Source: Octopus sinensis
Taxonomy: Eukaryota
Assembly: GCF_006345805.1 (NCBI RefSeq)
Contig: NC_043004.1
Coordinates: 27,528,001 to 27,592,000, forward strand
Direction: 5' to 3'
DNA: 64,000 nt
Shown here: positions 52,891-64,000 of the stretch, one piece after another
Numbering within the stretch: the stretch's first letter is position 1
Layout: every line of letters starts with the position of its first letter
The notes under the pieces: model-generated
Told to the model about the DNA's origin: nothing
Databases searched by the model: none
The model's input: only the letters and a program-made list of their open reading frames with translations
Translations under genes and position numbers: made by a program

Positions 52891-53149
52891 CAAACAAAAA
52901 GAAAATCAACCAGTGAGTGTGTTAATTAATAAGAATGACTTTCCCAGACTCAACAAAACATGTTTCAACACATGAATCTACATAAAGAATCTTGCAAATC
53001 AAATACAAAAACGAAATGAAATAATAAAGATTTTTAAGAATGACTCTTTTCAGCTGTACATAAATTGCATCTTTTATTCCTGTTCCTATTTGGTATACTC
53101 CTTTCAAAGGGTATTCTACTTGGTGTTAATCAGTAGCATATCTTTTTAA

Positions 53150-53370
53150 CACTTTAGCATTTAAACCGGCCATATCCGGCCAAAAGTATTCTGCCTGTTC
53201 TATGTTCAAACTGGCCAGATCTAGTCTCTCACACCAACCCTACAATATTGTTTTAAAAGTTAACAGCTGCCTCATCAAAATCTCATAGCTACAAAATAAT
53301 GCTTGATTAGTTCAAAACAATGCGGATGAAAAGGCATCAATTTTGGCAGAATAATGCGAACACTAAAGGG
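53150..53370 (+). mobile_element. TTAA-flanked MITE (same family as 9730-9950)
   Basis: TTAA-cactttagc...ctaaaggg-TTAA. Confidence 0.82.
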
Positions 53371-54583
53371 TTAAAAGCCAGATTTAACTAGACTAATTAG
53401 AAGGAATTCTTTTATATCCAAAAGTTGAGTTATGAAAGTTCTCTACTAACATTCATTTAGTACATTACTAATTATCTAAATTCATGTTAACTGCACACAT
53501 ACTTCACAGTTAGTAAATATGCAAATTGTTTATATAATTTGCTTTCTATCTGTAAAGATCTATGTCCACTGATCTAAACATGCTTGGGAAAGCTGTTTTA
53601 CATAGTAAAGGTTTTTATGAGGTTACTACATTGGACACACCTGCTAGATGTTATCTTGTCTGCTAACAAACATCAGATTTTTCCCATTAAATATGAAAAT
53701 TTAATTTTCTGTGAAATTAGTTTTTAATTTTCTAAATTACTTCCCATTTGCCATCAATATATTAATTGCTGTCAGTAGTAATTAAATTTATGCCATTGGC
53801 CTTATTTATTTATATCTCTTCCTTCCTCCTTTTGCAACTATGCAAACCATTCTGTTCCAAAGACTTCCTAACACTTTCTTCATTGATGATAGTTTTCATG
53901 AGATGTCTATGCGCCTGTCTGTCACACTATTTGCTTAAGATCACATTTTACCTCTAAGCATGAAAATTAATTTTTCTGTAAAATTTGAAATTAAACCTTT
54001 ATTTCATGAAAGTTTCAGTTTCTTTTCTTTGGGACTTTTCTTGTTTTTGTTTTTTTGCATTTTTTAATCCAAGCTGGTAATTCAAAGGCTGTTAAGTTTT
54101 TGTTTCTTCTTCAGCCAGTGGCTAATCTTCAATTCATTGAAAATCTTTTGCTTACGTCATTCAAGACATGACCACTTACATGAATTTTATATACACACAT
54201 ATATACACACACACTCACATATTTTTATGGGTGTGTGTGTGTAAATATATATCTGCTCACATGAAATATCAATAATGACAACCTATATAGTCATGTTTGT
54301 GTCATTGTTTTTGTAATCCATATAAGCAATTATATGTTGACATTAATCATAAATTAGACAAAAGGTTCATTATCATCATAATTGAACTACATTAATATGA
54401 GATGATGAAGCAAGAGTATTACTGCGTCAATGCTTGTAGAAACTGGGAAAATCCATTAGTATATAAATTAGCAGAAATTAAATCAATACCTAGACATATT
54501 TAATCAACCACCTCCCAAGGCACTGATAAACTAATAGACATTACAATACAATTATGTATACATTATATATGTTTGAGAGTGTA

Positions 54584-54614
<31 letters not shown>

Positions 54615-54736
54615 TGTGTGTAATAATAATAAAAAGTAACAACAAAAGAATGAGACCTTGATATAAGATAAATAGTCTTTATCCTTGCAGGAACAGCCAG
54701 CTTTGTATTTGTGTTGCATTGTGTGAAACTGTGTTT

Positions 54737-56125
54737 TTAAAGTTTGGGTTGAACTAAAACAATTTTTAGGTTATTTCTATCAAAGAGTTGCCAATATTTA
54801 TGATATATTGGAAAATGTCTATCTATAAGTGACAAGAAATATTTACCTATATTAAAGGTTACTTCGTGGGAGTAAGGGGGTGTGAACCAGATAATTTTCC
54901 TGTGTCTATGCTTTCTTTTCTTTATATCTGGCCTAATAGTAGGTGTGTAAGCTATTTCCTCTTTAAATCTACTAGCTTTAAGGGCATTGTTATATAGTGG
55001 GGCAGCATTATTAAATATGTTTATATTGGAGGAGAGGCTAAAAATTTTCCTACTAATATTCTTAACTAAATTCTTAAACACTATGGGAGGGGGTGGAAGG
55101 AACCTATATTAATATAACTAAGTCTATCATTGGATTTTCTACTGGGTTTGTAAATATTCTTTTGTAAATCAAGAGATACATCAAGGAGATTGACAACCAT
55201 CAGGTTGGTATCTATTGTTATGCTAAGATTGAATGTTTTCATAAGATGGATAATATCCTTCCTTAACCGATCTTGTACTGGTCCATTGATATTCTTAGCT
55301 AGAGCTAGAACATTGTCCCTATAAATAGTGAAATATATTCCAGGAAAAGCTTTTCCTTATGTGTCAAGCAGGAATAGCTCAATGACATCGCATATGCCTG
55401 CTCCATCATATGACCCCATGCTCACATTCAAAGAACCCTTTGTGTCTGCTCTCTTGGCCCACTCTATGTTTTCACTGAAGAGTAAGGTCTTTCTAACATG
55501 GAGGATTACATCCTTATCTTGTTCACTAATCTCTGTAAAACTGCTTGCAGTTTTCTAGAAATAGATGCATAGAAATCTACAATATCAAATTGTGCAAACC
55601 TTTCTTTATTCTTATTTCTAATTGCTTTAAACCAGTTTACAACTTCTCAACTTTTGGACTATTGTACTAAATTAGTTGCCCCCTCTAACTTTAGCATTGA
55701 TTTTTAAAAAAATATCTCATTTCTGATTTTGCAGAGTTAATTAGTCTGCATTTAGGATTAGATAGGAAGTTTTTTTTAAAACCCTTAATAGTTATAAAGG
55801 TTTCTTTTTTTTGGAAGGATTTCTATTATTTTTTATCTAATTTAAACCTAGCAGCGATGATACTAGCTTCTTTATTAATGTTGTTCTAAATTGCAGTCTA
55901 GCTTTTGTGCAATTATTAATAACATTGTTATGTAGAAATTGTGAGTATGTGCTGTTGTCTACAAGGTATAAGTTCTTGGTTTTATCAGAAAAAAAGTGCT
56001 GTATTTTGGAATTTTTTATGTTTTTAATGTTTTTTTTCAGTTTCTATTGAAAAGGATTTATGAAATTTGGTTTTGTTTATAAGCTTCAGTAGATCTGTTT
56101 CAAAGTCTTCTAAGTCCTCGATTTT
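54737..56125 (-). pseudogene. Decayed PLE reverse transcriptase
   Basis: SDKTKNLY, QFDIVDFYASI, VSMGSYDGAGICD, YRDN (YxDD site), KIIWFTPPYS and FLSLIDRHFP. Confidence 0.88.
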
Positions 56126-56143
56126 GGGAGGGATGTATATACA

Positions 56144-56189
<46 letters not shown>

Positions 56190-56307
56190 CATTTGTACTT
56201 TTTGAATTCGTTAGTACTAGTGGTCGAAGATGGTTTGTCTGGGATTACTCATATCAGACGGGTATGTTCGATTTTTAGTGCTCTCAAATCCAAATCAAAA
56301 GAAATCT

Positions 56308-56369
56308 TTGAGCTGACAAAGGAAATGTTGATCTTTATATTCAACTAATCCAGAAACGGCCGTTCTCAA
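56308..56369 (+). ncRNA. Degenerate hammerhead (G8A) in a (TA)n-flanked segment
   Basis: ttgag-CTGACAA-a gga..gttga..tcaac..tcc a-GAAA-c ggcc-GTT-ctcaa. Perfect stem I; palindromic stem III. Confidence 0.7.
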
Positions 56370-56557
56370 GTAATCTTATGTACATGTGATCTTTCGTTAT
56401 TTTTCCCTCTATACCTGTGTGAATTATTTTTGAGTATGCATTGTCTGGGAGATTTTTCTTATAGTAGAAGAAATAGCTAAGATTCTTTTGGCTGCTATTT
56501 CTAAAAGTTCGATGTGTGGTAAAGTAAATTATTTTACTGAACCCTAATTATATAACG

Positions 56558-56611
<54 letters not shown>

Positions 56612-57879
56612 AATATATACATATACAGACATACATACACGTACATCTGTAAATATATAAACACAAGTTCGTTAAAACAAATATTTGTTCATGGATGGCT
56701 ATATAGTTCGTTCTACATGAACCCTTCAAGTGAATGAGATGTTAGGCAGTTGATAAATTTATAGCAAAGAATGGAAAGAGCACAAGAGTTTTCTAAATGA
56801 AAATGGAAATATTTTATATTAAATTGAAATAAATGTGTGAAAGGGTAGTATTGATAGAATAATTATGGTGTCTCAGCAAATGTTTAAGAAAGAATTATAA
56901 CTAAATACTGGGAGAACATAAGACTTATAAAAGAAAAGGAAGGAAGGAGATTATAATTTAATACTGGGTGAAAGTAATGAACAAGAGAAATTTAGTTGTT
57001 AATAGAAGAAATCAAAATTAAGAAACAAGTTAATAGTATAGGTGGTGGTGGTGGTAGTGGGGGATGTAACTGTAGTTTATGTAGGAATGTGAAATGCTGC
57101 AGGAAACAATTTTGATAGTAAAGAAAAACATAAAATTTAAAGATATGATAAATAGTGTTAACTAGGTAGAATTCATCTATAATCCGTGTTTTGAATTAAT
57201 ACAAATAATCTTTATAAATAACATAAATCAATATAAATATAGAAATGATAGGTCAGCCATAATGGGCTAGAAGACAGGTTGTTGACAGACTAGGTGAACT
57301 GTTTAAGATTGAGAGACGGAATGAAGGAAAGAGGAATAAAGAGAAACATCATAATTCTCCACCCACTAGTAGCCATCTCCTCTAGCCATTCCATTTTCAT
57401 GAAAGCTTATGTTCTCAAACATCCCACACCATTCTTTACTACAGATTCCTCATTTGAAATATCTCATCTGTTTGTAAAGCTCAAATAAGGTGACACCTAT
57501 AGCTGTCTGAAATCAATCACATTTATTTTAAGACAACAACAACAACAACAATAATGATTTCAAATTTTGGAACAAGGCCAGCAATTTGGAGGGAGTGGGT
57601 AAGTCAATTACATCAACCCTAGTGCTCAATTCGTACTTATTTTGTTGACCTCAACAAGATGAAAGATAAAGTTGACCTTGAGGGAATTTGAACTCAGAAC
57701 ATAAAGACAAGTTCCTTCCACTGTTAGGGTCTGACACTTCTTCACACAGCTCTCCTCTTCCATATGTTGCACATAACCATACCAGCACAGTTGTCTCTCT
57801 TGCACACCACGTTTGATATTTCTTATCTCCAGCTTTTCACTCAGGGTGCTTACACCCTTTGGAGTTTTTTACCCCTGTG

Positions 57880-58290
57880 CATCTACCACACACAAAACTA
57901 TCTTCTGGTTAACCTTCTTTTGATATTGCTACACCTCTTGTGTGAACATAGCTTACATCAGGTACATTTTATGGAGTTTCTACCGAAGCCTTTTCTACAG
58001 ATCAAGCAGGGCAATCTGACCTAAAAGATTTGTGATTTGTTTGAGCTATCTACCTGAAGGGGTTTGTGATTTGAGCATAAACCTTGAAGTAGCTCACATA
58101 TAATGTTGTATTCATTAAATCATATTTATCATGTGATTTTTGTTAATCCCATTAACAAACAGTACACCCTGTATATAAGTGGTGTGTATATACATATATA
58201 TACATAACATATTGCGAACTGTGCTTCCACGAAAAACTGCATATCATCTTCCAACTTGCAGTATCCATCAACAAGAAATATGAGGTATCA
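57880..58290 (+). pseudogene. Highly decayed PLE thumb/endonuclease fragments
   Basis: CELCFHEKLHIIFQLAVSINKKYE at ~58213-58283 matches the C-terminal C.LC..EK..I...N...E pattern. Confidence 0.5.
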
Positions 58291-58393
58291 TACTGCTGTC
58301 ACCAGAGGTACATCATTCTGTGAAATTTCAAGCCACTAGCTGCCAACAACCCGGATATACCTCCTTAGTACCAGCCACTCCCAGCATCACCTG

Positions 58394-58778
58394 CAGGAGG
58401 TGCAATGGCCCAATGGTTAGGGCAGCAGACTCGTGGTCGGAGGATTGCAGTTTCAATTCCCAGACTGGGCGTTGTGTGTGTTTATTGAGCGAAAGCACCT
58501 AAAGCTCCACAAGGCTCCAGCAGGGGGTGGTGGTGACCCCTGTTGTACTCTTTCGCTACAACTTTCTCTCACTCTTTCTTCCTGTTTCTTGTCCCTGACT
58601 TCCTATGCAACCGCTGAGCCTGGATGTGCATTCATCCATCCGTCGATGCTCTCGGTGTCGAGGGTTGACCTGCTTTCTCTTCTGCGGGTCTTACAAATAG
58701 CAAAGGACCACGTTTCGGACTTCTCTCATCTTGCGAGCTCTGGGACAAAGACCGTTCGCTCAACAGCAACAGCAACAG
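58394..58778 (+). mobile_element. SINE family C, tail type 1, with 12-bp TSD
   Basis: cagcatcacctg at 58382-58393 and 58779-58790. Confidence 0.9.
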
Positions 58779-59512
58779 CAGCATCACCTGTGGCAAGGTC
58801 ACCGTCACTAACTAACCCACATGAACAGCACTGCAAATCACCAAACCCCAACTCTTCTTTATGCCTGTCTATCCACATAATCTCACCCCTTGTACATGGG
58901 CACATGAATATATGCACTTGCATGCACACATATGCATGGGTCCATGAATGCATCTGCTCACTGTATGCATGCACATGGTTGTGTGTATGCTGCTGTACAT
59001 GTACATGCATGCACATCCATATACCTATGGACCGATGCATGTTCATGTATGTACATGTGCTCACTTGTGTAAATATGTGTGCCTGTGTGTGCCTTCGTGT
59101 GTGTGTGCACGTGCATGTGCACAGATACATGAATGTACACCTACACACACATACACACTTGTATAAGTATGGATGCATGCACAAAGAAATATGGGCACAT
59201 AGATGTACATGAATATACATATATATTCCTACATCTACTGCTCCTTCCAACTCACCCCAACCAAACGAACAATTTCCTGTCTACCACATGGTCAGTTTCC
59301 TGTCCACCATGTGGTATCTTCCAAGCAATTATTGTTGCTGAAATACCAACATCAAACTGTGACACTGCATGACCTTTCTTGACCAACCGCAGGCTAATGT
59401 CCATCAACTCTCTTCAATCAAACTCTCATTCAGACTTCAATGACCAAAGACTAATGATACACTTGAAACTCAGCATACCAAAGAGTTTGAATAAAATGTT
59501 TTGATCCATATT

Positions 59513-59569
<57 letters not shown>

Positions 59570-59639
59570 CAGACTTGTATGGAACAAGTTGATGACCTAA
59601 AGCAAGAGAAGTCAATGTATGAACTAGTATATTGTTGCT

Positions 59640-60310
59640 ACTAATTTCGTGAGAGAATTAAACAAACAAACAAAACATCTTTCACCATTTTCCACTTGAT
59701 GTCAAAATCAGCATCATACTCTTTAAATTCGAGAGAACTCAGTAATATTGCTGTATTCCTCTTCTCCCTTTCTGTGGAAGTAACTGCATAGTTGAAGTAA
59801 CAATATTTTAACCTACCTTCCACAAATACCAATGTAGTCCTTTAAGTTGTTTGGTTTAGTAGAGATAACTTCTGCCTCAAATATATTATCACCTCTGTCC
59901 TGCATGACTAGTCATGCATTCATGTTCCAGCATCTACACTTGACTTCTATAAATTTGGTTGGCTTTCCTTTTGTAATATTTCTCATTCTTGAGGTACAGC
60001 TGTAACTCACTTTCAGATGGTTTTTGTCGAAGAGCTTTCTGTAGCATTGGTTAATGGGGAAATATTTATCAATTAGACTTAAGAATGATCTGGCAAGATC
60101 TGGCTTGGTTAAAGAAAACGTGAGTGTGAGCCAGATCATCTTATGCGGCCTATATATGGAATTAGAAGGCAGAGAGTATTTCCTGAATGTATCTGGTGTA
60201 CATAAGCTAGACACATGCAGAATCCTTTTTTTATAATAGTAAATTTCCTGTTTATTGTCTATATAGGGATCAATGGGATTGCAAAAGTTTGTGCTAATGA
60301 ATGACTTCAT
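59640..60310 (-). pseudogene. PLE thumb + GIY-YIG fragment
   Basis: KMIWLTLTFS, FLSLIDKYFP, LFDKNHLKVSYSC and CRC, then DYIGICG. Confidence 0.8.
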
Positions 60311-60419
60311 ACTGAGGTATCTTGATCTAAGATCAGAGTCCTTTAAATATACATAGTAATACCAATATTATTAACATTATTTTACTATATACTCTGGTAA
60401 AGTACAAGGAGATAATAGA

Positions 60420-61480
60420 TAGAAATTTAGAAACTGAAAGATATAATTCAAAGCTGAATGAGCATAGCACAAAACAGAATGGTGTTTATTGCTGATACTA
60501 ATGTACCAACAAATTACAATACCACTACTATTCCTGCAATGACTTTAAGCTTATTAGGAATTAAAATATACATCTTCAGACAAAACAAATTCTCGTTATA
60601 AAGTAGAGAATAATGCTAATAGATAACTATTTAATAATTAGCATAACCTAAAATTATATAAAAAAAATCATACTCACAATAATATAAACACTGGAGCACA
60701 AAAATGAAATTAAATGAGATAGAATGTTTAATTAAGTTTGAAATGCGTATACAGAACAATTAAGAAACACAAAGAGAGAGCTTCATTTCAAATCTAAAAT
60801 GTAGCTTAATCTCACAGAAGCTGAGAGTTAATTAACAAGAGTATCTTAAGAAATGTTAACAATAATATAAGGAAGATAACCAAATCTTACCAATTCAATG
60901 GCAGTAGCCTTATAATTAGTTGATTGAATAGTATTAGCAACAAATTCTACTTTAAGTTCATTCAATTTGACAACATCAAATTGTACCTTTTGATTTCTAA
61001 ATCTCTTTGCATTATCTCTCTCAGCTTCACCTGAGAGTATAGTCATACAAGTCATAATGGTATCAAAACTATTATGCATGCTCAAAGGCCTCTGCTCTTC
61101 AACAAAGATTAAACCTACACCAAACAATATCAAATCTTACAGGTTCATTCAAAGTCAATGTGGTGTTCTTCAGTAATGCAGACAACTGCAATCACCACTT
61201 TTGACAAATGGTGTAAGATATTTAATACATTGAATATAGAATTACATTGAAATGATCACCTGGTCATTTCTCAGCATACTCCATAGGTATTTGGAAAAAA
61301 AAAACTTTTAATAACTTATGCACACAGGTTCTTACCTCTTGTTCATACTTCGTAAAAACTAAATCAATAGCATTAGTATATGGATTTCTAAACTCTCACC
61401 TAACAAAGAAATCTTTGGCAAAGCAGCTCCTTATTATAATAATAATTAGATGCTAGTGGGTTCAAAGAAAGGATTACATC
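60420..61480 (+). pseudogene. PLE RT fragment, inverted relative to 59640-60310
   Basis: SDKTNSRYKV (~60575), FKFIQFD (~60950) and LSPNKEIFGKAAPYYNNN.DASGFKERI (~61395-61478), all homologous to the element at 54737-56125. Confidence 0.7.
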
Positions 61481-62338
61481 CCAAGCCCTTGACCAAGCAG
61501 AGAGTCCAATATGCTTATTGGATTTACATTTCGTGTTCTCTTTAAACATTTCAGGTAATCAACCACTTCAAAGCTAGGCTCCTTGATCTCTCACACATTT
61601 CTTTCTTATTTCTTTCTCATCTTTGCCTTTGCCAACTATTTTGAAATTCTCAAAGAGTTTCCACAGAAGGGAGATGTGACAACAAATAATTGAATTGTTT
61701 CTTCATCTGATTATTTCTGAAATACTCTGAGTCAGTGTTTTCAAACAGAAGACACAATGTTTCATTTGTTGTCTTTTCTCTAATTCTAATAAACCATTAT
61801 TGAGGAAATTTGCCTTGCCTTTCTTGCAATTGATGTAAATAATACAAACTTAGAAATTTATCACAAAGTATATTCCTATGAGAAATCTTTGTTACAGAGT
61901 ATTCATGAATAGACTAAAACAAGCAAAATGTAAGTTTATCTTGAAATATCAATTTAATTGATGTCATAGCTAAGATCCTTCAGATAAATAAGTGCTTTGT
62001 TTATTATGCCAAGCAAACTGGGAATATTCACACCATTGTGAGAAGAAATCTGATGAAGTTTCCATTTTTAGGATTCACCCTAATATGAAAGATTTATTCC
62101 AAGGATATGAAGGAAAGGTCTTACATTTTGCAATTTACTTTCAAAACCCACTTATCTTTTACACATAAACAGATCACCTTTTCCTTGAATGCAGAAAATA
62201 GAAATGTTACAGATTAGAAATACCTCTCAGAAATCATATATCCAACATTCTCTTTTTTAACTGTAAAAGGGATTTGTAAAATGGTTCATCATTTATTGTA
62301 AGAAAAAGAAAATATTGGACTTTGAGTTCATTATTTAA

Positions 62339-62554
62339 CCCTTTAGCATTCAGATTATTTTGTCAAATATAATGCTTATTTGCTCACATTGCTTCACATT
62401 AATCATGAATTATCTTATAACATCAAAAGTTTGATGATTTGATCATTTTTAGAATGATATTGTAGGGTAGGTGTGAGAGACAAGATCTGACCAGTTTTAA
62501 CATAAAGTAGACAGAATATTTTGGCTGGATATGGATGGTTTGAATGCTAAAGGG
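62339..62554 (-). mobile_element. TTAA-flanked MITE copy
   Basis: TTAA-ccctttagcattc...gaatgctaaaggg-TTAA. Confidence 0.82.
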
Positions 62555-62719
62555 TTAAGAAGCTCTGCGTCAAACCTCTATATAAAGCAAATGGTTTTTA
62601 TGCTAGTTCCTCGATTGAAAAATAAAAAAGTTTTTGAAATAATATTTCAATATTGAACATAATCCTTTTCTCTGATAGTTTAAATATAAATACTAATAAT
62701 TAAATAATTATAGAGTTCA

Positions 62720-63275
62720 CAATTGAAAACCTTCAGTAGAGTGTCCCACTATGACATGGTGGGCTCTGTAGCTCGTGAAAGCTGTACAAGCCATGTACAA
62801 AGATGTTGTCAGTAAGGTGAGAGTTAACCACAAGTGCAACAAAGAATCTGGTGTACAGGTAGGGGTTCATCACGGCTCAGTCCTTAGTCCTCTCCTTTTC
62901 AATGTCCCCCAAGCCATAACAGCCCCTGAGAACTACTATAAGCTGATGATCTTGCCCTCATAGTGGATTCCCTATCAGAGTTACACAAAAAACTCCAGGT
63001 GTGGAAGCAAAACCTGGAATCTAAGGGCCTTAAGATTAACTTGGCAAAGACTAAGAGCCTAGTAGCCCTGTTTTGTTTGTGGGAAAGTTGTAGGCTGGAA
63101 TTCCATACAGTGTACCCAGTGCAGTGGGTTAATAAGAAGGTTATCAAAGAAGATAGTTTTCATATGTGGAAGATGTACAGGATCCTTAAAAACTTTAGAG
63201 ACTGAGAAAATTGATTTTCTCAAATTCCCTTGTGGCTCATTAAAGGTAGTAGAAAATTTCTGCTACCTAGGAGAC
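62720..63275 (+). mobile_element. RTE RT fragment
   Basis: VGVHHGSVLSPLLF, an ADD motif at ~62942, GLKINLAKTK and FCYLGD. A second fragment (NVKQGCVL) lies at ~63640-63860. Confidence 0.8.
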
Positions 63276-64000
63276 CAAGGAATTACAACTGTGTTTCGTG
63301 GTCTGCTACCACAACAGCTCCTTTATAGGATCCAGTTACTTTAAGACATTATCAGGAGGAACCACATCCGGTTTCGGCCCCTATTCCTCTACCATTTTGA
63401 CGTGGCGCGCCCCCCCCCCCTTTTGGAGGTGTCTTCAGCTCTGGTATTGAGTGCATGTCTTCTTTCTTCTTCTTTCTTCTGTTCCCTGGCCTCTTCGATG
63501 TATTGTCAGCGAGTGTCAGCCGGTGACTGACTGTCTTGTCAAATTTTTCCCTTTAAATACCTGCCGCATAGGCTCCAGCAGGCAGCCCCAGCAAGTTGTC
63601 ACGTGACACTGTCTCACCTTAACTGACTAGTGAAGGCATGTAGTTTTAGCCTGCGCTTTTTCTAAATGACCATCACCTGTCAGTCAGTGAAGCTGATTCA
63701 TTCAGCTTATCTCACCTAATGATGTTATTTCCCGTCGGCATGTTTATCAGTGATGGTCTGATGAGCACTGTTTGGTATGTCAAGTCTATGACCAAGAAAT
63801 TTAGAGTGAAGAGCAATGTGAAACAAGGATGTGTTCTTGACTCTTGGTGCCTTTCCTTTTAAGTCCTCTACTGTTGATGTCAAGCTCCACTCAGGCTCTT
63901 TGATATAGTCTAAGTAAACATTAATTCTAAGATAAGAGAGGTTACCATTGGTGCTTGATGAAATCTAAGATAAGGACAGTTAGCATCAAAGACATGTCAT

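Noticed and set aside
58433-59212. Longest ORF in the track (259 aa)
   Set aside because: Read-through of a SINE followed by a (TG/CA) low-complexity tract.

Overview
AT-rich, repeat-saturated eukaryotic DNA, intronic or intergenic. The SINE, RTE and microsatellite repertoire suggests an octopus or other coleoid cephalopod (inferred from recognisable repeat families, not verified). I found no convincing host protein-coding gene; nearly all ORFs in the track are microsatellite or transposon artefacts. The window holds: a Tc1 (IR/DR-type) element with a nested mariner derivative; other mariner fragments; TTAA-flanked MITEs; several tRNA-derived SINE families; RTE and R4/Dong-like LINE fragments; and many Penelope-like element (PLE) remnants (RT and GIY-YIG), mostly inside (TA)n tracts. 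The main signal is non-coding. At least eight type-I hammerhead ribozyme (HHR) motifs from about six different sequence families can be folded by eye, each with a long stem II and a near-palindromic minimal stem III. Three lie in a young, about 99%-identical 545/546-bp tandem-plus-inverted array (24644-26232) that looks like a non-autonomous PLE pseudo-LTR or retrozyme, potentially able to release self-cleaved or circular RNA and to form long dsRNA. All RNA structures were folded by hand and none has been tested for activity.
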